A stretch of DNA of 55,020 nucleotides, filler included, from an uncultured Acidimicrobiales bacterium (GTDB lineage Bacteria; Actinomycetota; Acidimicrobiia; Acidimicrobiales; UBA10347), in NCBI GenBank assembly GCA_943788915.1. It is 3 parts of 3 records of this genome, joined end to end, with 100 filler letters (N's around TTAATTAATTAA, not from the genome) between each part and the next. Parts side by side here need not be neighbours in the genome. Positions count along the whole stretch, not along the records: positions 1 to 23,690 come from CALSSD010000019.1; 2 more parts are not named here. One strand, written 5' to 3'. Shown here in pieces: positions 9,390 through 18,588 of the stretch; within the stretch, counting starts at the first letter, position 1, and each line of letters starts with the position of its first letter. The notes beneath the pieces were generated by a model that was not told the DNA's origin, made no database searches, and saw only the letters and a list, made by a program, of their open reading frames with translations. The translations under genes were made by a program, and so were the position numbers.

Positions 9390-10490
9390 CTACTCGGCCG
9401 GAAGGAATCCGGCAAACCGGTCATCGAGGTCTTGTTCGGCAACCCTCGACTCGAGTCCGCCCCAGATAAAGAGCCTGCGGCGCGTCTCGTCGTCTGGAAA
9501 CAGAACCGGATTGTTGGCAAGCGCAGCGGCCTCGCCGCCAAGAGCTCGTAGCTCGTCTTCGACACCAAGCACCGGTGAGATGTACTGCACCCACTGTGTG
9601 TTCGCCGCCGCTATCGCGGGGTCGTAGAACGCGTTCATCCACCTGGCAGCGCCTTCGGCATTACCTGCACCGGCAGGAATAACCATGGTGTCAAACCATT
9701 GAATCGCACCCTCGTCAGGGATCACGAACTGGATATCGGGACGCTCGAGTTGTAGCTGCACGGCATCGCCCGACCACGCCATCGACGCTGCAACCTGGCC
9801 GGTCTTTAACAAGTCGGTGAACTCATTGAAAACCCAACTATGGAACTGGCCATCGTTGTTGGCAGCCTCGATCTGCGCATAGGCAGTCTCGGCCTGGCCC
9901 AACGTTGGCTGTGCCGGATCATCGCCGTTGCCAAGCATGGCTAAACCAACGGCCTCGCGCATCTCACCGATCATCGCGACCCGGCCACGAAGGTCAGGAG
10001 CGAAGAGATCCGAGACCGAAGTCAGTTCACGACCCGTCAGGTTCGGGTCATAGGCAATACCGGTAATACCGGACTGCCATGGCATGTGGAAACGAGCACC
10101 ACGATCCCAACCATTGGTGAGGAAGACCGGATCGATATTTTTGTGGTTCGGAATGAACTCCAGCGGCAGTCGTTGCACGCTGCCGTCCTGGATGTATTGC
10201 GCTGCCAACCAGTTGGTCGGGGTGACGATGTCCCACTGGGGGCCAAACAGGTCCTGGCCGCCGTAGTTGTCTTCCCACAGCTCTTGGTAAACGATCGTGT
10301 CGCCGATCTGGGCTTCGATCGTTGGAAGAAGTTCGGGATCGAGGTATTCGGTCCAGTTCAAGACTCGGACCAACCCACTGCTCGTAACGGCCTCGGGAGC
10401 GACGCCGCCACCAACACAACCGGGTAACCCCAACAAGGCCGCCGAGGCGGCGCTGCTCGCAAGGAACGATCGACGGCTTAACCGCTTCAT
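9390..10490 (-). CDS. PotD/PotF-like polyamine substrate-binding lipoprotein with Tat signal
   Basis: SRRSFL Tat motif and LPGC lipobox; NWTEY, DIVTPT, PWQSGITGIAY, MAWSGD, PDEG..WFDTMVIP; ATGA overlap with upstream gene. Confidence 0.88.
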   Translation of the reverse strand: MKRLSRRSFLASSAASAALLGLPGCVGGGVAPEAVTSSGLVRVLNWTEYLDPELLPTIEAQIGDTIVYQELWEDNYGGQDLFGPQWDIVTPTNWLAAQYIQDGSVQRLPLEFIPNHKNIDPVFLTNGWDRGARFHMPWQSGITGIAYDPNLTGRELTSVSDLFAPDLRGRVAMIGEMREAVGLAMLGNGDDPAQPTLGQAETAYAQIEAANNDGQFHSWVFNEFTDLLKTGQVAASMAWSGDAVQLQLERPDIQFVIPDEGAIQWFDTMVIPAGAGNAEGAARWMNAFYDPAIAAANTQWVQYISPVLGVEDELRALGGEAAALANNPVLFPDDETRRRLFIWGGLESRVAEQDLDDRFAGFLPAE

Positions 10491-11761
10491 CGGTACTCCC
10501 CAATACGTTGTGCGAATCCCCACCAAACAAACACTGCTGCGAGCAACGATCCGCCCAGGATCAGACCTCGGAGCCATTGCAGCGAGTCAGAAGCTGTTTG
10601 CAGCTGATTCAGAAACTGTTCACGATTGTCGAGCAACGCAGCTTCGACAGTTGTGTTGAACCCATTAAACGCCGAGTTAGCCGCGCCCTGGGTGATGGCT
10701 TCGGCGGCAGCGACGTCACCTCGGCCGAGTGCATCTTGACTTCGCCGGTTCTCGTCGACGTATCGAGTCCACCGGGCAATTACCTCGTCGGCCCCGGCCC
10801 GCTCCCGATCTGAACTTGCAGCGTCTCGGGCCTGGGCGAGTAACCCCGATCCTTCGAGCGCCGACTCGAGATCGATCAGACCATCGGCTGCGGAACCGTC
10901 GAGAACGGCGGTCGTGCTGAGGGCACGATGGCGGTAGGCCGACTGTTGAATCTGCTCACTGATCTGAATGGCATCAAACGCCTGTGTCTGGGCATCGTCG
11001 AACGCCTGTTGCTGGGTGGCGAACCCACGAGAACTCAACACGAGCAACACAATCATGACGATGCTCGCCGCAACAAGTGGCACGTTGATCAGCCGGCGAA
11101 ACCACCGGCTCAGCATGAACTGCGCACCAAGGAGAACGCCGACTGCAATCACCAACAAGATGATGGCCACGGCGTACCACACCGAGCTTGTCTGATCATC
11201 GAATCGGGCACGAGCCCAGTCAGCAATCGACTGCACATCGGGTGAGATTTCGGAGCGATTCACACTGCTGGCCTGGCGCAGCATTGCGTCTGCGCCCGGT
11301 AGTTCCTCGATGCTGGCAAGACGAGCCGCCTCGATCAAGCCGGCGTAGGTCGTGGTAGCGGCCGCAATGTCTTGCAGCGCTTCATGGGAACGTTCATCAT
11401 CGCCGACCAACCGGGCAACCCGTTCAAGCGAAGACGTCGCTCGGTCTGTGGCTTGTTCAAACAATCGCCGTTGTTCGCGATTGCCATCAGCGCCAGCGAG
11501 GTGCACCGAGACGGCTGCCGCATCGGCTTCAGCAAAACTTGCGCTCACCTGCTGGGTCGCTATCAGGACCTCGCCGGTGCTCGTGGCCACCTCTTCGGTC
11601 TCGCTCACAAGTCGATCGGTCAGCAACCACGCGACCGCACCCACGGCGATCAGCGCGAGCACTGTGACGATGGCCATTAGCCGTAACCGGTCGGGTGTGG
11701 AATTTGCGTTTAACCAACCGAGTCTTCGGGACCGCCCCGGCACGTTCGCCTCATTCGCCAC
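10487..11761 (-). CDS. GlnX-like membrane protein (4 TM, two extracytoplasmic helical bundles); start uncertain
   Basis: STPDRLR before TM1, SFAEADAAA, YAGLIEAAR, RRLINVPL, C-terminal QRIGEYR, typical of GlnX proteins beside pknG. Confidence 0.75.
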   Translation of the reverse strand: MANEANVPGRSRRLGWLNANSTPDRLRLMAIVTVLALIAVGAVAWLLTDRLVSETEEVATSTGEVLIATQQVSASFAEADAAAVSVHLAGADGNREQRRLFEQATDRATSSLERVARLVGDDERSHEALQDIAAATTTYAGLIEAARLASIEELPGADAMLRQASSVNRSEISPDVQSIADWARARFDDQTSSVWYAVAIILLVIAVGVLLGAQFMLSRWFRRLINVPLVAASIVMIVLLVLSSRGFATQQQAFDDAQTQAFDAIQISEQIQQSAYRHRALSTTAVLDGSAADGLIDLESALEGSGLLAQARDAASSDRERAGADEVIARWTRYVDENRRSQDALGRGDVAAAEAITQGAANSAFNGFNTTVEAALLDNREQFLNQLQTASDSLQWLRGLILGGSLLAAVFVWWGFAQRIGEYR

Positions 11762-11814
11762 GCGCACAGTATTACTCGCAATCCTCTGCTCTCGGCGCGT
11801 TGGTCCTCCTGCTA

Positions 11815-11820
11815 TAGAGT
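11815..11820 (+). promoter_or_regulatory. Possible -10 element (TAGAGT) for a leaderless or short-leader transcript of the kinase operon
   Basis: TANNNT hexamer 8 nt before GTG 11829 in a short divergent intergenic region. Confidence 0.35.
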
Positions 11821-11828
11821 TCAACGCA

Positions 11829-13010
11829 GTGGAGACGCGTGATATCGATATGCGACTTCAGCGGTATACCGCGGCTGAACATCGCATTGGGGCCAACCTG
11901 CAGGAGCTCGAACAGCACTCGGTGTATCAACTGCTGATGACCGATGCGCTCACCGGCGCCACGGCCAAAGCGTTACGGGTAGTGAACGACGCTGACCCCA
12001 GTCTGTGGGAACTGTTCACGTTGCTGGGCACCTCGCTCGATTCTGCCCGTCAGCTTCGAGGTACCGGAAGTAGAGTCTCGACCAATGACCGGCTCACTCT
12101 CGCCGAGCGGCTGAGTGCCCCATCAATCCTCATCAGGAGCCACCAGATTCCGCTTGGCGAACGAGGACTTACTGGAGCACCGATTCGAGAAGAGTACATT
12201 TCGATCGAAGCGCTCATCGATCGCATGAGTTCGTTGTACGAGCCGGTCCGCAATGTGGTCACCCATGCCGAGAAAGTGCTGCGAGAAATCTTGCCCCGGC
12301 TGAACTCGGCAGAAGCGACCGTGACCCGCCTACACAAAGATGCGCTCGTGCTCGGGCTCAGCACGGTCGAGATCGATCGGATCGACGAGACAATCGCTCG
12401 AATACGTGAACTCTCGCTGACCGACCCACTCTCCATTCCAGCGAATGCCCGTCAAAGTTTCGATGATGCGATTCACGCAGCATCGGCGACCGTTTCCGAG
12501 GCTCGCGCAAGTCATGATGCCTTGGCTGCCGACATCACCGGTGCTTCCGAACTGCTCGATACGTGCCGCGACCTGATTGAACAAGCCAATCAGCACCGCA
12601 CCGAGACGTTCCAGAAGATCTCGCAGCCTGTAGGCCTTCGACAGCCGCCGAGCCTCGCTGCGATCGACGGCGAACGAGGGCTGGCCATGAAACTCGATCC
12701 AATCCTGGCATCGAACCGGTCGTGGCAATCCACACGACGCGAACTCGACTCCTGGTCCGTGGGCGCGACCCGGCTTCGTGACCAGCTGGCCCGTGTTGTC
12801 GCTTCCAACCGAGCTCCGCTCGAGAAACGTAATGAGTTGCGCGGTCGGCTTGGTGCTTTTCGGGCCAAGATGGCAGCAACAGGATTCAGCGAAGACCTGG
12901 TACTGCGAGACATCAGTGCCGAGGCCCACAACGAACTGTTCACCTCACCCACCGACTTGGTAAGGGCCGAACGCCTGGTCACCGAATTCGGCAATCGATT
13001 GGCGACTTGA
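11829..13010 (+). CDS. Alpha-helical/coiled-coil hypothetical protein heading the kinase operon
   Basis: Long helical ORF ending PLEKRNELRGRLGAFRAKMAATG..ED; start placed at GTG 11829 to avoid overlap with glnX. Confidence 0.7.
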   Translation: METRDIDMRLQRYTAAEHRIGANLQELEQHSVYQLLMTDALTGATAKALRVVNDADPSLWELFTLLGTSLDSARQLRGTGSRVSTNDRLTLAERLSAPSILIRSHQIPLGERGLTGAPIREEYISIEALIDRMSSLYEPVRNVVTHAEKVLREILPRLNSAEATVTRLHKDALVLGLSTVEIDRIDETIARIRELSLTDPLSIPANARQSFDDAIHAASATVSEARASHDALAADITGASELLDTCRDLIEQANQHRTETFQKISQPVGLRQPPSLAAIDGERGLAMKLDPILASNRSWQSTRRELDSWSVGATRLRDQLARVVASNRAPLEKRNELRGRLGAFRAKMAATGFSEDLVLRDISAEAHNELFTSPTDLVRAERLVTEFGNRLAT

Positions 13011-13043
13011 TGATTGGCGATCTCACATGACAGGCGTCTTCTT

Positions 13044-15555
13044 ATGATGTGCACCGAAACCAGCTGCGGCGGCACCGTCCTCGCCGACGGCTACTGCGAC
13101 ACCTGCGGCCTCGCCGCACCAAACCCGGCAGAGGCACCGGCAGAGGCAACAGCCCCTGCCTTGTCCTCTGACCACGGGCACACGGAGTCCGCGTCAGCTG
13201 TCCCCGCCGCTGGCCGCAGCGGTGGCGTCGATCTGGCGCTTGTCGGTAACGTCTGCTCAGAGTCCGGCTGCGGCGGCACCATCCTGGGCGATGGCTACTG
13301 CAACACCTGCGGCCTTGTTGCCTCAGCCCCGGTCGCAGCCGCTGCTGCGGGCGCGTTCTTGTCCCCGTCATCGACCTCCCTTCCAGGCACACCGGCAACT
13401 GCGGTCACCATCGCTGCACCATCGGCGCCGCAACTGTCCAGCAAGGTGTCGACAGCGGTGGAGTCGAGCGAGGCTCGCCGAAACGCGGCCACCCGCCGGT
13501 CATCGACCGAAGGCATGGGCCTGGGTCTCGGGCTTGTCACGGTGCCACCCACACCTGAAGGTGACCCATCGCTGGCGCTCATGTCGGCCGAGAAGATCCA
13601 GGCAGTCATCGACGAGGTCCCCGAGGACGAACGATTCTGCCGCAACTGCGACAACCCGGTCGGGCGTGGCCGAGATAGTCAGCCCGGACGGAGCACGGGT
13701 TTCTGTGGTACCTGCCGCACCCCGTTCGACTTCTTGAGTAATGCACCAGCGCTCAAACCCGGCGACCTGGTGTCGAACCAGTACGAAATTCTCGGGCCAA
13801 TGGCCCATGGTGGCATGGGCTGGATCTACTTGGGCAAGGACAAAGCAGTTTCGGATCGTTGGGTCGTGCTCAAGGGCCTGCTCAACGAAGACGACCCCGA
13901 TGCCATTGCTTCTGCTGTCGCCGAACGCCAGTTCCTCGCCCGGATCGAACATGGCAACATCGTCAATATCTACAACTTCGTGACGTGGGGTGGCGCTGGC
14001 TACATCGTGATGGAGTTCGTGGGCGGTGCGTCGCTGAACTCCAAGCTCAAGACCCTGCGCAAGGAGACCGGCAACGTTCATGCCCGTATGCCGTTAACAG
14101 ACGCAATCGCGTACATGATCGGTGTGTTGCCAGCGATCGGCTACCTACACGACCAAGGCCTGGTCTACAACGATCTCAAACCTGCCAACGTCATGGCAAC
14201 CGCCACCGGCGTGAAGCTGATCGATGTTGGCGGCGTGATGCAGCGAGACGACGACGACGCAGCTATCTTCGGCACCCAAGGTTTCCAAGCACCCGAGGTC
14301 GCAGCCGCTGGCCCATCGGTGCCTTCGGACCTGTACACCGTTGGCCGCACGTTGGCGGTCCTAGCGTTGCCGTTCTCGTTCCACCAGGGTCCGTATCTCC
14401 ACGCGATCCCACCGGCAACCGAGCAACCGATCCTGGCGCACTATGAATCGTTCCACCGATTCTTGTTGAAGTCCACGGCGCCACACCCCGACGACCGGTT
14501 CCAGACCGCCGAACAGATGCGGTCCCAGCTTGTTGGTGTACTTCGGGAGATCGTGGCGACAACCACCGGGTCGCCACGACCTACACCCAGCTCCCTTTTT
14601 GGTGGCGACCAACTCACCGAACTACTCGTCGACGATAACCGAGCCGCCGACGACCCCGACTGGCGTTCGTTGCCTCGACCCCGGGTGCACGCCACCGACC
14701 CAGCTGCCAGTTTCTTGATGGGTCTGGCCGACGACGATCCGGAACAAGCACATATGCAGCTCAGCCAGGCGGTGAACGAGCAGCAGGTTCCCTGGACCCA
14801 TGAAACCGCATTCGTTTCTGCCATGACAGCCGTCGAAGCCAACCGTGACCCAGGCCCCGTCCTGCAAAGCCTGGCCAGCGTGGATCCGTGGGACTGGCGC
14901 ATCCGGTGGATCGAGGGCCTGCAAGCCATCGTGCAGAACCGGCCCGACCAGGGTGCCGAGAAGTTCAGCCAGGTCTGGACCCAAGTTCCCGGCGAGGTCG
15001 CCCCCAAACTTGCGGTTGCACTTGCGTCCGAGATGGCCGGCGAATACCAGCGCGCTGGCAGCCTCTACCAATCGGTCATGGGTACTGGATCCAACCTATG
15101 TCACTGCAGCGTTCGGCCTCGCCCGATGCCGCGCCGCAGACAAGGACCGTCCCGGGGCGGTGGCCGCCTATCAAAGTGTGCCCGCAAGTTCAGCCGGCTA
15201 TTTCGATGCCCGTATCGCTGCGGCTCGAGCGTACGTCCAGCCCTTCGACGACGCCGATCCCTCAAAAGACGACGTTATAGCAGCTGTTCGGGTACTTGAA
15301 GACGTGCAACTCGACACGATCGAACGAGCAGAGATCACCGTGCAGATTCTTGATCAAGCGTTGGCCGGGATAGTGGCAGGCACGATCCCAAGCGACGAAT
15401 CAATCAAACTTTTCAACGAACCAATGACCAACAGCGGCATCCGCCGCCAACTCGAACGCACGTATCGCGAACTAGGGCGTCTGGCCACCGACCGCGATGA
15501 ACGCATCCGCCTTATCGACAAGGCCAACGCGGTCCGGGCAAAGAGCGTCGTCTAA
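13044..15555 (+). CDS. pknG: PknG-type Ser/Thr kinase (zinc ribbons, rubredoxin, kinase, TPR) with a frameshift near 15080
   Basis: RFCRNC...GFCGTC rubredoxin, AHGGMGWIYL, WVVLKGL, YNDLKPAN, GTQGFQAPE; TPR tail continues in the 14845-15555 frame after ATGGGTA (one extra G). Confidence 0.85.
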
Positions 15556-16527
15556 GTGGGCGCTCCGCAGAACTGTGCAACCTGTGGCGAGGAATGCCCA
15601 GCCGACGCCAATTGGTGCGAGGCCTGTGGCACAGATCTTGATGCGGTGGTGGAAGCGCCGAGGAACCCGTGTGTCTCGTGCGCTGCTGCAGCGGCGGAGA
15701 TTACCGATGATGGCTGGTGCCAGATATGTGGCACCAAACAACCAGCGCCCGAGGATCATGTGGTTGCCGATCACGGCTGGTTCGCGATCGTCAGCGACCG
15801 AGGCCGGGTGCACCGCACCAACGAGGACGCCGGAGCGGTTGCGGCTCGCGCTACTGGTGTGGCACTGGTGGTCTGTGACGGAGTGTCATCGACCGACCAG
15901 TCGCAACATGCCTCGCAGAACGCTGCACGCACCATCATTGGCCTCGTCGACAGTGCGCCGCCAGCCAGAGCTGGTACCGCAATCGTGCAGGCAGCAGAGG
16001 CTGCCCAGGCCGAGATCATGAGTGTGACATCGCGATCCTCAGCCGAACCGCCATCGTGCACCATGGTCACCGTCGTCGCCGATATCGACGGCGCCACCGC
16101 CGACGTATGTGTTGGCTGGCTCGGCGACAGCCGCGCCTATTGGCTTGCGAATGGCAAGGCCACGCAACTCACTCGTGACCATTCCTGGGCAATCGAACAA
16201 CAAGACCTGGGCGAACTTGACCAGGCCACCATCGATGCCGACAAACGAGCCCATTCGATTACGCGCTGGCTCGGCGCCGATAGTCACGACGTCACTCCTG
16301 AGATGCAAGCACTCTCACTCGAACTTCCCGGCATGCTGTTGGTCTGCTCCGACGGCCTGTGGAACTACGCCCCCTCTGATGCCGACATCTACGACCTGGC
16401 ATTCGGCGGCGGTGACGACGAACCGTCCCTCGCCCGTGCCGAACGACTCGTCGCCTTCGCCAACGAGCAGGGTGGTCATGACAACATCACCGTTGCCATT
16501 GCCGACCTCACACCCCAGACGATCTAG
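15556..16527 (+). CDS. PP2C-family Ser/Thr phosphatase with N-terminal zinc ribbons
   Basis: SDRGRVHRTNEDA, VCDGVS, GDSRAY, CSDGLW, GGHDNIT; four CxxC at the N-terminus. Confidence 0.92.
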   Translation: MGAPQNCATCGEECPADANWCEACGTDLDAVVEAPRNPCVSCAAAAAEITDDGWCQICGTKQPAPEDHVVADHGWFAIVSDRGRVHRTNEDAGAVAARATGVALVVCDGVSSTDQSQHASQNAARTIIGLVDSAPPARAGTAIVQAAEAAQAEIMSVTSRSSAEPPSCTMVTVVADIDGATADVCVGWLGDSRAYWLANGKATQLTRDHSWAIEQQDLGELDQATIDADKRAHSITRWLGADSHDVTPEMQALSLELPGMLLVCSDGLWNYAPSDADIYDLAFGGGDDEPSLARAERLVAFANEQGGHDNITVAIADLTPQTI

Positions 16528-16581
16528 TCCACTCCCCGAATACCTGCTCTGCCCGCCAACCAATCCCCACAGGAGTTCCTC

Positions 16582-17859
16582 ATGGCTGACTTCACCGCTC
16601 AGGTGTTTCAAAACGAATACCTTCCCGCCGGCGGCAACACCGTCGATGCAGTGATCACTGTCAACTCAGCACAAGGAACCGAAACCGGCTCCAGCCAAGG
16701 TCTGCTCGAAGTCATCATCGTGGACATGTCCGGGTCGATGAACGAAGATGGAGGGGCCAAAGTACGGGCCGCAAAGGCCGCAACTGCGGTGGCGATAGAC
16801 GCGCTCGACGACGGTGTCGAGTTCGCAATTATCGCTGGCACTGACAGGGCGATGCAGATCTATCCTCACACCGGTACCGCTACATCTGACCCCCAAAACC
16901 GCAACGAAGCAAAGAAGACCGTCAAACGCATGCGGGCCGACGGTGGTACTGCCATCGGCACCTGGCTTCGGCTCGCGGCCGGCATTCACGAATCTCGGCC
17001 TGATCTGATTCGCCACAGCCTGCTGCTAACCGACGGCAAGAATCAACATGAGTCCGATCAGGTGTTGCGGGCATCGATCGATGCATGCGTCGGACTCTTC
17101 CAATGTGACTGCCGAGGTTTGGGCGTCGACTGGAACGTCGACGAACTCCGCCTGATTGCAAACGCGCTCCTCGGCACCGTCGACATCATCCCCAGCCCGA
17201 GTGAGATGGAAGCCGAGTTCGAGCGAATCATCGCCAACCTGATGAAGAAACAAGTCGCCGACGTCGCGCTGCGGCTCTGGAGCCCCAAGGGCGCCAACAT
17301 CGAGTTCCTCAAGCAGGTATCTCCCAACATCGATGACTTGACCCCGAGGGCCATCGCTGTCGACGCGCTGACCGACGATTTCCCGCTCGGGGCCTGGGCC
17401 GGCGAAGAGAGTCGCGACTATCACCTGCGGGTCAAGATCCCCGCAGGCACAGTCGGCGACGAACGGCTCGGCGCCCGAGTCATGCTTGCGCTCGATGGCC
17501 ACGCCGAACCGATCGCCTTGGTGCGAGCGATCTGGACAAACGACGAAAACCTATCGACCCGGATAAACCGTGAAGTTGCTCACTACACCGGCCAGGCGGA
17601 ACTCGCGGACGCAATCCACGACGGCCTGGCAGCTCGAGCTGCTGGCGACGATGACGCTGCGACGATGAAACTTGGTCGCGCCGTGCAACTGGCCCACGAG
17701 ACCGGCAACGAGGCGTCGGTGCGGTTGCTTCAAAAGGTCGTTGATGTTGACGACCCAAAGACGGGAACCGTACGGCTGCGTAAACAGGTCGACGATGCCG
17801 ATGCGATGGCACTCGATGTTCGTTCAACCCGCACCGTGCGGGTGGGCAAGAACTCGTGA
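16582..17859 (+). CDS. vWA domain protein
   Basis: MIDAS DMSGSM, GGTAIG, LLTDG. Confidence 0.92.
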   Translation: MADFTAQVFQNEYLPAGGNTVDAVITVNSAQGTETGSSQGLLEVIIVDMSGSMNEDGGAKVRAAKAATAVAIDALDDGVEFAIIAGTDRAMQIYPHTGTATSDPQNRNEAKKTVKRMRADGGTAIGTWLRLAAGIHESRPDLIRHSLLLTDGKNQHESDQVLRASIDACVGLFQCDCRGLGVDWNVDELRLIANALLGTVDIIPSPSEMEAEFERIIANLMKKQVADVALRLWSPKGANIEFLKQVSPNIDDLTPRAIAVDALTDDFPLGAWAGEESRDYHLRVKIPAGTVGDERLGARVMLALDGHAEPIALVRAIWTNDENLSTRINREVAHYTGQAELADAIHDGLAARAAGDDDAATMKLGRAVQLAHETGNEASVRLLQKVVDVDDPKTGTVRLRKQVDDADAMALDVRSTRTVRVGKNS

Positions 17860-18567
17860 GCACGGCGTGCCCAAACGGACACGAGTCCGAATGGGCTGAT
17901 TGGTGTTCAGTCTGTGGTGAACGTTTAGCCGAGGTAGAAGGTGGCGCCTCGGCCGTACCGGCTGCGATAGCTCCTGCTGCGGCCGATACCTCACCCAGTA
18001 CCGCCATCAGCATCGCCCCCGGTGACAGCGGGGCCCACGTGCGAGAACTGCGGCGTGTCTCGTCATGAACACGATGTGTTCTGCGAGAGCTGCGGTTACG
18101 ACTTCGCGAGTGGTTCGTTACCCGAGAGTGTGCAAGGTGAATCAGCAACCACACAACAGGCTGTGACCGCACCGATGCACGTCAGAGTCTCGGTGGATCA
18201 CGAGTTCTTCGCTGCAAGCGTTGGCGACGTCGACCTCACCGTGCCAGACCCAATCCCTGAGCAGAAGATCGTGCCGCTTGCAGGAATTCGGATCCTCATC
18301 GGCCGGACAAGTACGAGCCGAGGCATCTTCCCCGAGATCGATGTTCGGGCACTGACCGGTGACCCTGCGGTGTCGTCGCGTCATGCAATCCTCGAACGCG
18401 ATGTCAGCGGCAACTGGACGCTGACCGACCTTGGATCCACCAACGGCACATTCCTCACCGCCGATGCTGATGCCGCGATTGCAGCTGGCGAAGCTCTCCC
18501 GATCACAGCAGGCACCTCCCTCTATCTGGGTGCCTGGACCCGACTGGATCTCACCGCCACCACCTGA
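17856..18567 (+). CDS. Zinc-ribbon FHA-domain protein, frameshifted between about 17971 and 18022
   Basis: CPNGH..WCSVCG in the first frame; CENCG..FCESCGYDF and FHA motifs IGR, VSSRHA, DLGSTNGT in the second. Confidence 0.85.
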
Positions 18568-18588
18568 CCGGCCGTCGGCCTTAAGTAT

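Noticed and set aside
11352..11828. N-terminal extension of the 552-aa ORF
   Set aside because: Overlaps the glnX-like gene on the opposite strand; the real start is probably 11829.
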